A stretch of 50,341 nt of DNA, taken from Terriglobales bacterium (GTDB lineage Bacteria; Acidobacteriota; Terriglobia; Terriglobales; Acidobacteriaceae). Every line of letters begins with the position of its first letter. The first letter of the stretch is position 1. A program made the translations under genes and the position numbers. The stretch is taken from assembly GCA_015655315.1 (NCBI GenBank), contig JAATFH010000513.1:1-50341 (forward strand), read 5' to 3'. This document shows positions 48,529 through 50,341 of the stretch, piece after piece. The notes under the pieces are model-generated. The model was not told the origin of the DNA. It searched no databases and saw only the letters and a list, made by a program, of their open reading frames with translations.

Positions 48529-49731
48529 TTGATTTCCCGCCCTCGTATCAATGTTGTAACGCTTCTGCTGGCTATCACGGCCATATACGGCCATGCTCAG
48601 GTGTCTCCCACGTATTCGCAGATGAAGATGTCTGCGGACGCACAGAATCATGCACAGCCCACTGGTAACGGCAAGGGCAAGCAGACGGCAGATACTCCTC
48701 CAGAGCCAAAACACACCATTACAAGGACCTACTTCATCGCGGCAGACGAAGTGGATTGGGACTATACTCCACGAGGAAGAAACGTGGCCGGCATTCCTCA
48801 TACGGAGACAGGGGAGAATGAATCCGCAGCGGCGGTTCGCCACCGCATTTACCATAAGGCGATCTATCGCGAATATACAGATGCTACTTTCCAGACGCTC
48901 AAGGTTCGTCCCCCGGAGTGGGAACATCTGGGTATTCTCGGGCCTCTGATTCGCGCCGAGGTAGGCGATTCTATCCGCGTAGTCTTTCGCAACAACACAC
49001 ACCTGACTGTGACTATGCATCCACACGGTGTCGAGTACACCAAGGATGAAGAGGGCGCGTCTTATAACGACGGCACCAGTGGCACCGTAAAGGCTGATGA
49101 CGGAATCCGCTCCGGAGGTACCTACACTTACATCTGGACGGTGCCGGAACGTAGTGGTCCGGCCTCAATGGATGTCAGCTCTGTATTGTGGATGTATCAT
49201 TCGCACTTCGTCGAATCAACGGATATGAATACCGGACTGATCGGTCCCATTATCATCACGCGTAAAGGGACTTCTCGACCTGACGGTTCTCCCAAAGATG
49301 TCGACCGGGAGTTCATCGCCGACTTTTCCGTCTTCGATGAGACCGACAGCTGGTTCTTTTCGGGGAATCTCGGGAAGCAGGCAAGGGCTGCACGTCTAAA
49401 GACGTCGGATCCGATTCTACGTGACCAGAACCTGCTGTACTCCATCAATGGCTATATTGAAGGCAATCTACCCATGCTGACTATGCGGAAAGGTGAGCGC
49501 GTCCGCTGGTATCTTCTTGCCAACGGAAACGAGGACGATGTCCACATGGCACATTGGCACGGAAACACCGTGGTATGGAACAATATGAGAATGGACACGA
49601 TGTTTCTGGGCCCCATGGCTATGGCCACCGCGGATATGGTGCCCGATAGTGAAGGAATATGGCTCTTCCATTGCCATGTCAGCGATCATTACAATGGAGG
49701 AATGGTGGCCCGCTATCAGGTTGTGCCTTGA
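48529..49731 (+). CDS. Secreted two-domain multicopper oxidase (ceruloplasmin/hephaestin-like sequence)
   Basis: MHPHG, WMYHSH, HMAHWHG, WLFHCHVSDHYNGGM; also RTYFIAADEVDWDY and HLGILGPLIRAEVGD. TTG start after GAGGA. Confidence 0.9.
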   Translation: MISRPRINVVTLLLAITAIYGHAQVSPTYSQMKMSADAQNHAQPTGNGKGKQTADTPPEPKHTITRTYFIAADEVDWDYTPRGRNVAGIPHTETGENESAAAVRHRIYHKAIYREYTDATFQTLKVRPPEWEHLGILGPLIRAEVGDSIRVVFRNNTHLTVTMHPHGVEYTKDEEGASYNDGTSGTVKADDGIRSGGTYTYIWTVPERSGPASMDVSSVLWMYHSHFVESTDMNTGLIGPIIITRKGTSRPDGSPKDVDREFIADFSVFDETDSWFFSGNLGKQARAARLKTSDPILRDQNLLYSINGYIEGNLPMLTMRKGERVRWYLLANGNEDDVHMAHWHGNTVVWNNMRMDTMFLGPMAMATADMVPDSEGIWLFHCHVSDHYNGGMVARYQVVP

Positions 49732-49859
49732 GGTAAATCTTCGCAGATCCCCTCGTATTTCACCCGCTCGCTTTCCTTGCAAAAACCGGCAATGCTTGAT
49801 TCTCTTATTTTCTTTGGCTGACAGTATCTCCGCGTATACACAGTTGGGAATCCTCCTAG

Positions 49860-50341
49860 TTAGCGTGAAGAAAAGTTCAGTCCTGTTATGTTGGTCGTAT
49901 TGATAGTCGTTGACTGACGTGTAGGAGTAAAAGTACGTCCGGTCTTGCTGGGTGTAACTGTGTAAGAGCCGGATGACAGCCCGGTAAAGCTGTAAGCTCC
50001 CGAAGTACTGGCCGTGGTTGTCGCAGTAGAAGTTCCGCTGAGACTCACCGTTGCTCCGGAGCCTCCAGCGCCGCTGATCGTGCCGCTGATCGTGAACGTT
50101 TGCGCCGTTGAGGTAAAGCTGGCAGTCACATTGGCACCGTTGACGGTTACAGCCTGGCTTGTCGGCGAGAAGATAAATCCAGTCTTGCTTGGCGTCACCG
50201 TGTAAGACCCATTCGTCACGGTAAAGCTGTAGGCTCCCGAAGTATTGGCTGTGGTCGTTGCTGTCGACGTGCCGGTCAGCCTCACCGTTGCCCCGGAGCC
50301 TCCAGTGCCGCTGATCGTACCGCTGATCGGAAACGTTTGCC
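49860..50341 (-). CDS. 3' end of a Thr/Ser/Gly-rich surface protein with tandem carboxypeptidase-regulatory-like beta-sandwich repeats (partial)
   Basis: Frame stays open to the window edge (QTFPISGTISGTGGSGATV). Repeated ISGTISG.GGSGATV.L.G...GAYSF...YTVTPSKTG..F.P unit. Confidence 0.85.
   Translation of the reverse strand, partial: QTFPISGTISGTGGSGATVRLTGTSTATTTANTSGAYSFTVTNGSYTVTPSKTGFIFSPTSQAVTVNGANVTASFTSTAQTFTISGTISGAGGSGATVSLSGTSTATTTASTSGAYSFTGLSSGSYTVTPSKTGRTFTPTRQSTTINTTNITGLNFSSR
49860..50341. repeat. Intragenic tandem repeat, period about 237 nt
   Basis: ctcaccgttg..ccggagcctccag.gccgctgatcgt.ccgctgatcg begins at both 50044 and 50281. Confidence 0.85.

Noticed and set aside
49860-50341. 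Repeats as a CRISPR array or mobile element ends
   Set aside because: They are in-frame ~237-nt protein-domain repeats with synonymous differences and no spacers.

Overview
Bacterial chromosomal window, roughly 55% GC by eye. Gene content and style suggest Acidobacteriota (inference only). Left to right: (1) a small zinc-finger anti-sigma gene; (2) a bioB-bioF-bioD-bioA-bioZ operon divergent from a MarR regulator, with a 29-bp palindrome between them; (3) a large secreted GH38 glycosidase; (4) a three-subunit succinate dehydrogenase resembling mycobacterial Sdh1, plus a TPR-like gene; (5) a ~34-kb Wzx/Wzy-type exopolysaccharide locus (14573-48319) in three arms, encoding glycosyltransferases, decorating enzymes, amino-sugar synthesis, a short OPX plus beta-barrel export pair, a split Wzc/BY-kinase and a receiver-less sigma54 activator with several -24/-12 promoters; (6) a two-domain multicopper oxidase; (7) the 3' end of a repeat surface protein. 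Best novelty candidates: a priming glycosyltransferase with a degenerate GGDEF-like domain that keeps the RxxD site, plus a stand-alone copy of that domain (possible c-di-GMP control of EPS initiation), and a MarR/palindrome-linked bioBFDAZ operon apparently outside Alphaproteobacteria. The flippase is broken by one in-frame TAG. No rRNA, tRNA, CRISPR or transposase was recognised. All calls come from motif reading; no database searches were run.
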